Positions 19,442 to 26,640 of a stretch of DNA of 38,015 nt are shown in pieces. How positions within the stretch are numbered: position 1 is the stretch's first letter; each line of letters starts with the position of its first letter. Source of the DNA: a virus (Duplodnaviria; Caudoviricetes); IMG/VR virus record IMGVR_UViG_3300025133_000299, positions 1 to 38,015 of that record, one strand, 5' to 3'. The notes under the pieces are model-generated. The model searched no databases. It was given only the letters and a program-made list of their open reading frames with translations, and had not been told where the DNA came from. Made by a program: the position numbers and the translations under genes.

Positions 19442-20112
19442 ATCTCGTCGGTTAACTCCAAGTCTCGCTCGCAATATTTCAAGGCAAGCTCAGGGTTGTC
19501 CGCATACAGTTTATCGAAGTGCTTACCACCATCCATCAGCTTGGTTCCCAATCCCAACACCCTGCCCAAGTTGCTCAGGCTAATCCGTGCGGTGGGATCA
19601 GGGTTCCACGCCAACATGGTGTCCCTACAATGTTGCCCGAAGTTCACCCAACGGTGACCGGTGATTGAGGTGATGATTCCTGACGGCATAGGCAGGTCGT
19701 TAGCCATTGCACGACCCCTGATAAAAGGCCAATCGAACGCATGGCAATTATGACCCACCCACTTCTGGTCGGAGTGTTTGCGAACAAGATCAAAGAATCC
19801 TTTTAAAACATTCTTCTCGGAGCCTTCCTTGTTCACATGGAGCATAGTGTTGACTCCCTCCACACGAACACCGATGACCAGCACCCTCCCCGTAATCGGG
19901 GAGAGTGCGGCTTTGTCGAACCAATCGTTCTTCTTTCCATCGATGTATGCCGCCTGCTTCACCTCATCCCGAATAGTTTTATGCGGTCTAATGTTAGGGC
20001 AGAACGGCTCAACCTCATCGTGCGGTGCAGCACCCGTCTCTATATCGAAGACAAAGTGCGTCCGCTTGATGGGGAAGTCGTCATTGGGTCGAACGGTTTT
20101 AGAACGGGACAT
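19420..20112 (-). CDS. DEDD 3'-5' exonuclease (PolB-exo/RNase H-like)
   Basis: ExoI FDIET, ExoII GHNCHAFD, ExoIII YCERD; likely start MSRSK at 20112. Confidence 0.85.
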   Translation of the reverse strand: MSRSKTVRPNDDFPIKRTHFVFDIETGAAPHDEVEPFCPNIRPHKTIRDEVKQAAYIDGKKNDWFDKAALSPITGRVLVIGVRVEGVNTMLHVNKEGSEKNVLKGFFDLVRKHSDQKWVGHNCHAFDWPFIRGRAMANDLPMPSGIITSITGHRWVNFGQHCRDTMLAWNPDPTARISLSNLGRVLGLGTKLMDGGKHFDKLYADNPELALKYCERDLELTDEIWERIGI

Positions 20113-20572
20113 CGTTGTCTTCATCCTTCTTGCGATCCTTCTGTCGAACGTACTCACCGGTAGGCTTAAACCCATCGCCCTGAGCAGGACCCGACAGGTC
20201 GGTGTCAACGTAGGACTTCATCCCGTCATCGGTCTTGAACTCCTCGACGTTCACCGTCAGGGACTTGCCGATCAATTCCTTCTCCAGATCGAACTCACCT
20301 TCAGGCTTCAACTGCAAGGTGCGCCTGATAAACAAGCGCAACGCTGCCTTCTCATTGTCCAACACTTTATGAAACGACCGGCGAATGGTCATGTTGTTAC
20401 CGTTGTCGCCCTTCTTATCCAACTCAAAGGTAAGTCGGATGACTCCCTTCGGTTTTCCGTCCACGGGGTCTAGGGACTCGATGTCCACACAGACTCCCTG
20501 ATATGTGCCAACCGGCACCTCTTCCCACTTGCTAGTGGGACCTGTTATTGTTGCGTTTAGCGTTAATGACAT
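20099..20572 (-). CDS. single-stranded DNA-binding protein
   Basis: 'PVGTYQGVCVDIE' OB-fold start; acidic C-terminus ending DDNDVPF-like (EDNDVPF). Confidence 0.7.
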   Translation of the reverse strand: MSLTLNATITGPTSKWEEVPVGTYQGVCVDIESLDPVDGKPKGVIRLTFELDKKGDNGNNMTIRRSFHKVLDNEKAALRLFIRRTLQLKPEGEFDLEKELIGKSLTVNVEEFKTDDGMKSYVDTDLSGPAQGDGFKPTGEYVRQKDRKKDEDNDVPF

Positions 20573-20603
20573 ATATGTCTTCCTTTCTCTACCCCCTTCG
20601 GGG

Positions 20604-20617
20604 TGTAGTTAGCTAGT
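20604..20617 (-). promoter_or_regulatory. ACTAGCTAACTACA motif upstream of SSB
   Basis: Exact 14-mer, one of four copies; followed by a CCCC-GAAG-GGGG hairpin. Confidence 0.55.
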
Positions 20618-20952
20618 TATGGTGTCGCCTGAGTAGTTACGGGCGGCACCTCTTTCTTCCTTAACCCCTTCAGATAATTCAGCACAGCACGGTAGGGGAT
20701 TCGTACTGGACCCTGTTTCCCTTCAAGCAGTTTAACCTTGGTCAACCTGCCTTCAGCCAATAGCCGATCAACGGTCCGTGTGGAGGAGTTAAGCAGCTTC
20801 GCCACTTGCTTCCTCGTCACATGGTCCTGAACGGTAAATAAATTCCCACCACCACCACGACACGGTGCAGAGGATGCAGGCGTGGTATCGCTAGTGTCAT
20901 CGCAGGGGAGTTGAGGCGTGTTAGAGGTGGTGATGGGGAAGATGTTGTTCAT
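20617..20952 (-). CDS. excisionase-like HTH_17 DNA-binding protein
   Basis: 'VTRKQVAKLLNSSTRTVDRLLAEGRL...VRIPYRAVLNYL'. Confidence 0.75.
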   Translation of the reverse strand: MNNIFPITTSNTPQLPCDDTSDTTPASSAPCRGGGGNLFTVQDHVTRKQVAKLLNSSTRTVDRLLAEGRLTKVKLLEGKQGPVRIPYRAVLNYLKGLRKKEVPPVTTQATP

Positions 20953-21038
20953 AGTCCTGTCAAAACCAGCAACGCCACGATCAGGACAAAGCCTGCAAGG
21001 AACGCTGCGTGGAATAGGTCAATAATTTTATTGTTCAT
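20949..21038 (-). CDS. 29-aa single-TM peptide (not in ORF track)
   Basis: MNNKIIDLFHAAFLAGFVLIVALLVLTGL; ATGA overlap with the next gene. Confidence 0.5.
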   Translation of the reverse strand: MNNKIIDLFHAAFLAGFVLIVALLVLTGL

Positions 21039-21044
21039 TGTTTG

Positions 21045-21224
21045 TTAACTGTTCCGGTGTCTACACCTCTTGCCAAATTTTTTTTGGTAGGTGTCTACAC
21101 CTTGGTCTAATAAAAGCCTGCAAAATGATGACAGGCTACGTTGATCCTTTTCGCTCAACGCCCTCAACCTCTCCTTGAGAGAGGCAGGGACCCTGAACCC
21201 TATATGTTCATGTTCTGAATTCAT
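21045..21224 (-). CDS. Arc/CopG-like ribbon-helix-helix regulator (59 aa, not in ORF track)
   Basis: Hand translation MNSEHEHIGFRVPASLKERLRALSEKDQRSLSSFCRLLLDQG...; canonical RHH pattern; ATGA overlap with the upstream ORF. Confidence 0.75.
   Translation of the reverse strand: MNSEHEHIGFRVPASLKERLRALSEKDQRSLSSFCRLLLDQGVDTYQKKFGKRCRHRNS
21056..21101. promoter_or_regulatory. tandem operator-like palindromes GGTGTCTACACC (copies 3 and 4) at a probable promoter
   Basis: Exact copies at 21056-21067 and 21090-21101 flanking an A8 tract and TTGGCA on the minus strand. Confidence 0.7.
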
Positions 21225-21409
21225 TTACACTTGGTCTTGCGGACCGCCTTGAGGTGATGCAGTTGATCCTCAAGTCGAGCTATCCTCTCAGCAAGTGCGT
21301 CGAAGATGGGCTTGAAGTTGTCTGCCGCTCGCAACTGCGCCATGCACCAACAATATTCGGGGGGGATTCCTCCCCCAACCTCACAGTCCGATTTTTTTTG
21401 TTTTGCCAT
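21221..21409 (-). CDS. hypothetical protein
   Basis: 62 aa, C-terminal coiled coil. Confidence 0.5.
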   Translation of the reverse strand: MAKQKKSDCEVGGGIPPEYCWCMAQLRAADNFKPIFDALAERIARLEDQLHHLKAVRKTKCK

Positions 21410-21572
21410 CAGCTTTTTTCTTCATGGTTTTAATTTTCGACTTGAGAATCTCATCGAGCAGGTCGGCAACCGATTTGCCTCGCCGCTGCGCTTCAGCGTA
21501 GAGGGCATCTCTGTTGTCCTCTGCGATCCACGCCGACATGAGTTTCTTACCGGCTTTACGTTGATTGGGCAT
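21381..21572 (-). CDS. ribbon-helix-helix DNA-binding protein
   Basis: 'LMSAWIAEDNRDALYAEAQRRGKSVADLLDEIL'. Confidence 0.7.
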   Translation of the reverse strand: MPNQRKAGKKLMSAWIAEDNRDALYAEAQRRGKSVADLLDEILKSKIKTMKKKADGKTKKIGL

Positions 21573-21638
21573 ATTCCCTGTGTTTCTTCGGAAACGGGCA
21601 GAATAATCATAACTTCCTCCTTCTTTTCAAGAATATTA

Positions 21639-22394
21639 TTATTCAGCAAGTGAAATGTCTCCGATTAGTTGGTTAACCTTTAACTCCTCGTCGAATACAC
21701 GGTGTAGCCGACCCGTCCTGCCCACATGGGTGCCAATCTGGCCTGCGCCCTTCATTGCCTCTGTAAAGGCGTTGAACAGGGACCATGCAGTCCTAGCCTC
21801 AAATGCCTCGTAACGAGGCTTGCGCCACTCCTCAAGGACCGCAGGGACCCGTCTTGGAAGCACCGCACCTGCGTCGAGTGCCTTCACCACGAAGTGGTGG
21901 GCTTTACGGTCAGGCATCTTGGTGCCCTGATAAATCTCGACCCGCCGTTCCTGCCTCTTCTTCTGCTCGGTGGTCCGCAGAAGGGTTTCCATGATCTTGC
22001 CGGTGATGTCCCGCTCGATGTTCTTCGTGTGCTTGCGGTCGAACCGCATCAAGTCACCGTAAAACGACAGGTTGTCGCACACCGTAACGTCGATGCCCAA
22101 CACCAGACCGGCAGACATGGTCTTGTCGTGTGAATTTCTCAAGCCCAACACGGGTGACCAATCGTCTGCCTCCGAGTGGAGTTTCATCAGTCCGAAGTAC
22201 CGGCTACCAAACTTGTCGATGCCGTGCTGCGACTCGACAACGTCCAGCCCAAACTCAGGCATGACCTCCCTCACCATCGAATACAGTTCGTGGTGGGGGA
22301 TGGGGTAGTGGGTGTCCGTAGGCTTGGGGCACGGCACCTGCACCAACTGGTCCCACGGGGTGTCTCTGCACCCGCAATGCAACATCAGGTTCAT
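21639..22394 (-). CDS. DUF932-family protein
   Basis: 'THYPIPH', 'GLRNSHD', 'VCDNL', 'RKHT', 'TAWSLFNAFTE' motifs. Confidence 0.8.
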   Translation of the reverse strand: MNLMLHCGCRDTPWDQLVQVPCPKPTDTHYPIPHHELYSMVREVMPEFGLDVVESQHGIDKFGSRYFGLMKLHSEADDWSPVLGLRNSHDKTMSAGLVLGIDVTVCDNLSFYGDLMRFDRKHTKNIERDITGKIMETLLRTTEQKKRQERRVEIYQGTKMPDRKAHHFVVKALDAGAVLPRRVPAVLEEWRKPRYEAFEARTAWSLFNAFTEAMKGAGQIGTHVGRTGRLHRVFDEELKVNQLIGDISLAE

Positions 22395-22612
22395 GCTGTC
22401 ACCCCCAACTTCTGGTTAGTTGCTGAAGGCACCTTGATGGGGGGCATGACCCCGTTGGGCAACTCACGGTGCGACAAGATTGAGATGCCCTCTCCCAACC
22501 CCTTGCTTGCCTTCTCACGAAGGTGGTTACGGTTCATTTCACGAACCTCTACTGCGTCTGCCTTATCCAAGCAGATGATTTCAATATGATATGTTATTCG
22601 ATCTTTTCTCAT
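22391..22612 (-). CDS. hypothetical protein
   Basis: 73 aa; preceded by the ACTAGCTAACTACA motif. Confidence 0.55.
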   Translation of the reverse strand: MRKDRITYHIEIICLDKADAVEVREMNRNHLREKASKGLGEGISILSHRELPNGVMPPIKVPSATNQKLGVTA

Positions 22613-22638
22613 TGTAGTTAGCTAGTTTGCCCGAAGGC
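22613..22638 (-). promoter_or_regulatory. C(UUCG)G hairpin plus ACTAGCTAACTACA motif abutting the ATG
   Basis: Minus strand GCCTTCGGGC-AA-ACTAGCTAACTACA-ATG. Confidence 0.55.
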
Positions 22639-22640
22639 GT

Positions 22641-22922
22641 TTATGTTTTAACACAAGGGGCAGGACATTGGCTGTCCCACCCCTTAAACTTTTTCCAGTT
22701 ATTTTCGACGACACCCACTTGGGTGTATGCATGGTCGTGAAGTTCAACGTAAGAATCAGTTCCTATTTTCTGGAACCTGACTGTTGACACATCGCCAACG
22801 TCATCCAGCACATCGTACAAACGAGAAATGCTGGCACGACCGGTGCCCTCAACAAGCGCAATAGCTCGGCTTGAGCCATTCAAGCTGCCTTGCCAATCAA
22901 TTAAATAAGCCGTGCTACTCAT
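22641..22922 (-). CDS. hypothetical protein
   Basis: 93 aa ORF overlapping the upstream gene. Confidence 0.55.
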   Translation of the reverse strand: MSSTAYLIDWQGSLNGSSRAIALVEGTGRASISRLYDVLDDVGDVSTVRFQKIGTDSYVELHDHAYTQVGVVENNWKKFKGWDSQCPAPCVKT

Positions 22923-23109
22923 CGCCGTTTGGGATGAACTTTAGTTCGCTTCCCTTGGCCTGATCCAAACCCCTTTTCATTTTTTCCTTCTCGCTCAAGG
23001 GTTTCTTTTTCTTGAAGTGACGGGACTGCATCGACGCTCCGCACTTCCCTTTGATCAAGGGAGTGTTCTCGGCAGTAGCCCAGCCTCTTGGGCTGTAATG
23101 CTTACTCAT
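22915..23109 (-). CDS. small basic hypothetical protein
   Basis: 64 aa, GGAGG RBS directly after the array. Confidence 0.55.
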   Translation of the reverse strand: MSKHYSPRGWATAENTPLIKGKCGASMQSRHFKKKKPLSEKEKMKRGLDQAKGSELKFIPNGDE

Positions 23110-23136
23110 TCCACCACCTCCACTCTCTTCGTTTTT

Positions 23137-23604
23137 GACTCGTTCACCATAAGTGGTTCACTCCCGCTATATGACTCGTTCGGCCCTGATGGTTCACTCG
23201 TATAGCTTGACTCGTTCATTCTTCCTGATTCTCTCTCTCGGATTGACTCGTTCTGTCTGCTTGATTCTCTCATCTCATTAGACTCGTTCCTGTCTTTTGG
23301 GTCCCTCAAAAGCTGTGACTCGTTCGTGGAACTTGGTCCTATCTTGGTGTTTGACTCGTTCGGTCAGGTTGGTTCTCTCCACAATTATGACTCGTTCGCT
23401 TCTTTTGGTTCTCTCGGAGTAAATGACTCGTTCCCCATAAGTGGTTCTCTCCCTACATATGACTCGTTCTGTTATCGTGGTTCTCTCTTATCCAATGACT
23501 CGCTCCCATTTAAAGGTTCTCTCAGGCTGTGTGGCTCGTTCTGTACAAGTGGTTCTCTCTTATCCAATGACTCACTCACGCACCTTGGTTCTCTTGGGAT
23601 GGGT
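23137..23604 (-). ncRNA. TIGR-like guide RNA array: 13 x 36-nt dual-repeat units, each with two 9-nt spacers
   Basis: + strand GACTCGTTC-N9-GGTTCTCTC-N9 at exact 36-nt spacing (23137, 23173 ... 23569), variable spacers, directly downstream of the Nop-domain gene. Confidence 0.88.
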
Positions 23605-23606
23605 GG

Positions 23607-24398
23607 TTAAGCTGCCTTAATGTGGTGTGCGTGACCCTGATGGGCTATCGGGTATGGCAACGGGGGTTCACACTTAAAATGCTCCCTATAGGCAACCTCA
23701 TGCCAATGCGCTAGGAATAGCTTAACTGCGTAACGCTTGGCCCGTGCATGGATGTGCCCCGCTGGCAGCTTGCCCACCGAGTAAGCCTTGTAGGCTTCGG
23801 TCGCCTTGCCAACACGCTTGGCACCTGCGTCTGCCTGCTCCTTGAACTCAAGGTTCTCGTTCTTGAGAATCTCCTGCTCCTTCCGTTGCAAGTAGAACTG
23901 ACCGTAGGTGTCGTTCTTGTTGCCCGACACCTTCACGAACGACTCACCTATCTTCCAACACAGGCACTTCAGGGATGCGTTCCACGGTCGCTTCTCGCCC
24001 TTCTCCCACTTGCAGGTGGGGTCCTGTCCAGCGAACCTCCATATGTGCCCAACGGTGGGTGCCTTGTTGATGTCGATGTGGGCAAGCAATCCTGCCGAGA
24101 TCACCGGACCAATGCCGGTGATACCCATCGCCCATTGACCGATGGGGTGGTGCTTGGCATACACGTTCAATGCCCTTTTAATATTTTTCTCCATCTCCTC
24201 GTTTACATCCCCAACCCAATCCAATAACGAGTGGGGTTCGTCGCTTGTCACCAATGCTCGGACCTGTGCCGTGGCACGAATCCTCGCATCCTGAATTTGA
24301 TAATAAGTGTCAACCAGAAATCGTGCCTGATCAACTGTCATGCGCTTACTCGACTCAAGGAGGTCCTTGGCCAAGGATAGCTTCGGCCTGATGTTCAT
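23607..24398 (-). CDS. tasA: TIGR-associated Nop-domain protein without nuclease domain (TasA-like; IS110 C-terminal/Transposase_20 homolog)
   Basis: Coiled coil 'YYQIQDARIR', 'GITGIGPVISAGLL', 'IWRFAG', 'PWN..LK', 'YGQFY..RK', 'GHIHARAKRYAVKLFL'; no N-terminal DEDD RuvC domain; adjacent array. Confidence 0.82.
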   Translation of the reverse strand: MNIRPKLSLAKDLLESSKRMTVDQARFLVDTYYQIQDARIRATAQVRALVTSDEPHSLLDWVGDVNEEMEKNIKRALNVYAKHHPIGQWAMGITGIGPVISAGLLAHIDINKAPTVGHIWRFAGQDPTCKWEKGEKRPWNASLKCLCWKIGESFVKVSGNKNDTYGQFYLQRKEQEILKNENLEFKEQADAGAKRVGKATEAYKAYSVGKLPAGHIHARAKRYAVKLFLAHWHEVAYREHFKCEPPLPYPIAHQGHAHHIKAA

Positions 24399-24652
24399 GC
24401 TGTCACCTCCACCATCAAGTTGTCATCAGCCAAGTGACCAAGCACAAGGTCGATGGCTTTTAACAAAGCAAATTTCTTTGCCTTGCGGATGCGAAAAGTT
24501 GCGCTGAACACTCCACCACTTCGGTCAATGTCCCGCACCCACCATTCACCTCCATTACAATCCAAAATAAAGGTTGTTCTGTTTGCCTCAATCACAAAGG
24601 CCAACCCGTCTTGCGTGATATCCATTTCAAGCCCTAGTGGTTCGTGTATCAT
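24395..24652 (-). CDS. hypothetical protein
   Basis: 85 aa, ATGA-coupled on both sides. Confidence 0.6.
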   Translation of the reverse strand: MIHEPLGLEMDITQDGLAFVIEANRTTFILDCNGGEWWVRDIDRSGGVFSATFRIRKAKKFALLKAIDLVLGHLADDNLMVEVTA

Positions 24653-24852
24653 GCCGCCACCTCCTTGTCCTCTTCGGTCCGGTCAAACAAAGCCTGCACG
24701 GTCAATGTCTCCTTTGTCTCAGGGTTGGTCAGAGTCTCTGACTTCCCACATGGTTTGCAGAACTCTATCCAGAGTCCCCCGTTATTCAGCACCAAATGGT
24801 TGGTGCCCCCTTCAGGTCTGCGTGTTTCGCAGAGATTACAATAATCACTCAT
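24649..24852 (-). CDS. small zinc-finger-like protein
   Basis: CNLC...CKPC pairs. Confidence 0.6.
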   Translation of the reverse strand: MSDYCNLCETRRPEGGTNHLVLNNGGLWIEFCKPCGKSETLTNPETKETLTVQALFDRTEEDKEVAA

Positions 24853-25136
24853 GCTCCCACCTCCAAATCATGGATTGTGTTACCTGCATTAATTAACATG
24901 GCTTTAGTGCTGAGGCACTCTTTGCGTAGTTCCGTTGCCCAAGTCCACGCCAACTCCCAACCGTTGCTGCCGAGGTAAACATAACAATACAACTCGTACC
25001 GTGCCTCGTCATCCTCAAGGGGATTGTCGTGTAACTTTTTGATCTCAAATTTCCGACGATTGTCGGGAGTCTGTGAGACAATATATTGAGCATTGACGTT
25101 GTCGCCAAAACCCATCTCGTTTCCTAGTTTAATCAT
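24849..25136 (-). CDS. hypothetical protein
   Basis: Likely start MIKLG at 25136, just after the ACTAGCTAACTACA motif. Confidence 0.55.
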   Translation of the reverse strand: MIKLGNEMGFGDNVNAQYIVSQTPDNRRKFEIKKLHDNPLEDDEARYELYCYVYLGSNGWELAWTWATELRKECLSTKAMLINAGNTIHDLEVGA

Positions 25137-25144
25137 TGTGGTTA

Positions 25145-25198
25145 TGTAGTTAGCTAGTCGGAGCATCATCGCTCCCATCTGACTCCCCCTTGGGGGAG
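25145..25198 (-). promoter_or_regulatory. hairpins plus ACTAGCTAACTACA motif downstream of integrase
   Basis: CTCCCCCAAGGGGGAG and GGAGC-GATGAT-GCTCC hairpins, then the motif at 25145-25158. Confidence 0.5.
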
Positions 25199-25216
25199 GC
25201 AGTTGGGAGGGAGGCA

Positions 25217-26542
25217 CTACGCAGCCTTCGGTTCCTTCACCACCGCAACCTGCGGTTGCATGATGTCCACGATCACGGTCGGCTCGACTGTCGAGTCGTG
25301 GTCAGCGTAGACATCGATGGTGGTTTGAATGTTCTTATGTCCCAGTAGCTTTGAGGTGTATGCAATGTCCCGTGTGCGGCTCAGAATCTTGCTGCCGAAA
25401 ATCTTCCGCAACGTGTGCAACCTGCCATCGTCGTCGTCGTTCTGCAACGTGGTGCCAAACTCATCGGCAAGCAACTTGCGGCAACGCTCAAGGACCTGCA
25501 TTCCACCGATGACGAACTTCTCATCACGGTGCCGGTTGGCACCCCGCTTGCCTGCAATCTTCGGCAGGGATGTGACTCTCAGAATCTCGTTAACCAACGA
25601 GGTCGCCATCGGGATTTCACGGGCGACACCGGTCTTGGTGACATGCTTCGGCAGGCACAAGTTGGTGATGGCTGCGTTGTTCCGGTCGGCAACGAAGAAG
25701 TCCTTCGATGTTCCATAAACCTCCTTGCCACGACAACCAGCCGACAGGCAGACCGTCATGAGCGTCCACGCATCGGGGTCAACCACCTTGAGCGTGTTGA
25801 TAAACGCCAGCAACTTTCCGTAAGTCTCCTGAGTGGGTGCCTTGAAGGCAGACTTTTTAGTCTTGGTCTTGTCGAACTTGTTGGGTTCTTTGTTGAAGGC
25901 TTTAGCTTCCTTGATTTTGAAGCAGTCGAAGTTGTGGTGCTTCTCGTAGTAAGGGCGAGCTTGCACTCCGAAGATGGCATGTGCCCTCCGCAACTCGTCG
26001 TCGATGCTGCGCTTGGTCTTGTCCAGCTTGATGTGGTAGGCAACAGGGTCATCCTCCTTCACCATACCTGCCATGTTGGTTTCCAAGCGGACCTGCATGT
26101 AAGTGTCGCTGACCGGTCCGGTGAACGCATCGTCGATCCGCATCTTGTCGAGCTTGCCGGTCGTCGCTTCGGACAACTTCTGACGAGGCACGATAGCCTC
26201 CTTGGTGTGGGTAGCGTTCAGCACACGGTAGAGTGTCTGCACAACCGCAGCGGCAGCGTTCTTGGTGATGTCGATCAACCCGTCCTTGACACCTTGACGG
26301 TACATGGCAACGACCTCACCGATCTTCTCGATTTGGTTGCGGCGAGATGGTGCGACGAACCCTTCAGCACGGAAGTTGTCCACCATAGTTTTGATGCGAG
26401 CTTTGGCGACTCGCTTGTCGGCAGTCTTGAGAGATCGCTTGAACTGGTTGCCCTTCCCGTTACCTCCATCAACGTGGGGGAACTGAAGGGTGACGTAGTA
26501 GCCGGTCTTGCCTGTGGGTATTCTCGGATTTGGGTATTTCAT
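25217..26542 (-). CDS. int: tyrosine recombinase / phage integrase
   Basis: GCRGKE (R), TKT (K), HTLR, LLGH...TTIDVY catalytic residues; N-terminal 'RSLKTADKRVAK' arm-binding-like segment. Confidence 0.9.
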   Translation of the reverse strand: MKYPNPRIPTGKTGYYVTLQFPHVDGGNGKGNQFKRSLKTADKRVAKARIKTMVDNFRAEGFVAPSRRNQIEKIGEVVAMYRQGVKDGLIDITKNAAAAVVQTLYRVLNATHTKEAIVPRQKLSEATTGKLDKMRIDDAFTGPVSDTYMQVRLETNMAGMVKEDDPVAYHIKLDKTKRSIDDELRRAHAIFGVQARPYYEKHHNFDCFKIKEAKAFNKEPNKFDKTKTKKSAFKAPTQETYGKLLAFINTLKVVDPDAWTLMTVCLSAGCRGKEVYGTSKDFFVADRNNAAITNLCLPKHVTKTGVAREIPMATSLVNEILRVTSLPKIAGKRGANRHRDEKFVIGGMQVLERCRKLLADEFGTTLQNDDDDGRLHTLRKIFGSKILSRTRDIAYTSKLLGHKNIQTTIDVYADHDSTVEPTVIVDIMQPQVAVVKEPKAA

Positions 26543-26544
26543 GA

Positions 26545-26640
26545 TGTAGTTAGCTAGTGTTTTGTTTCAAGCACCCCTTCGGTGCTGCCCCCAACGTAGC
26601 AGGTGTCTACACCGGCACAAGCCTTTTTTTAACTTTTTTA
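26545..26640 (-). promoter_or_regulatory. probable early promoter with operator (copy 5), leader hairpin and ACTAGCTAACTACA motif
   Basis: A-tracts, TTGTGC-16 nt-TACGTT with extended TGn, GGTGTAGACACC (26602-26613) in the spacer, GCACC-GAAGG-GGTGC hairpin, motif at 26545-26558. Confidence 0.55.

Noticed and set aside
23137-23604. CRISPR array
   Set aside because: Repeats and spacers are only 9 nt, alternate between two repeat types, and no cas genes are present.
23017-23610. ORFs 23017..23205 (+), 23326..23610 (+) and 23106..23309 (-) as repeat proteins
   Set aside because: These are translations of the 36-nt repeat. Frames are broken by stops inside spacers, conservation is at nucleotide level, and the + ORFs oppose genome polarity.
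23607-24398. IS110 transposase / insertion sequence
   Set aside because: Lacks the N-terminal DEDD RuvC-like domain and the Ser-containing loop; it is translationally coupled within a phage operon and followed by a guide-like array.
26513-26530. Self-target of the 23209 guide at the integrase 5' end (AATCCGAGAAT)
   Set aside because: Only 11 contiguous and 13/18 total matches; plausible by chance across 13 guides and 76 kb of strand sequence. I found no full self-target by eye, but the search was not exhaustive.
26546-26554. GCTAACTAC identity to a conserved 16S rRNA segment
   Set aside because: Only 9 nt and same-sense rather than complementary; no rRNA or tRNA structure seen in the window.
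25415-26557. Long + strand ORFs (380 aa here; also 10723..11499, 19778..20473, 31014..31664)
   Set aside because: Antisense shadows of well-supported minus-strand genes, with no recognisable motifs.
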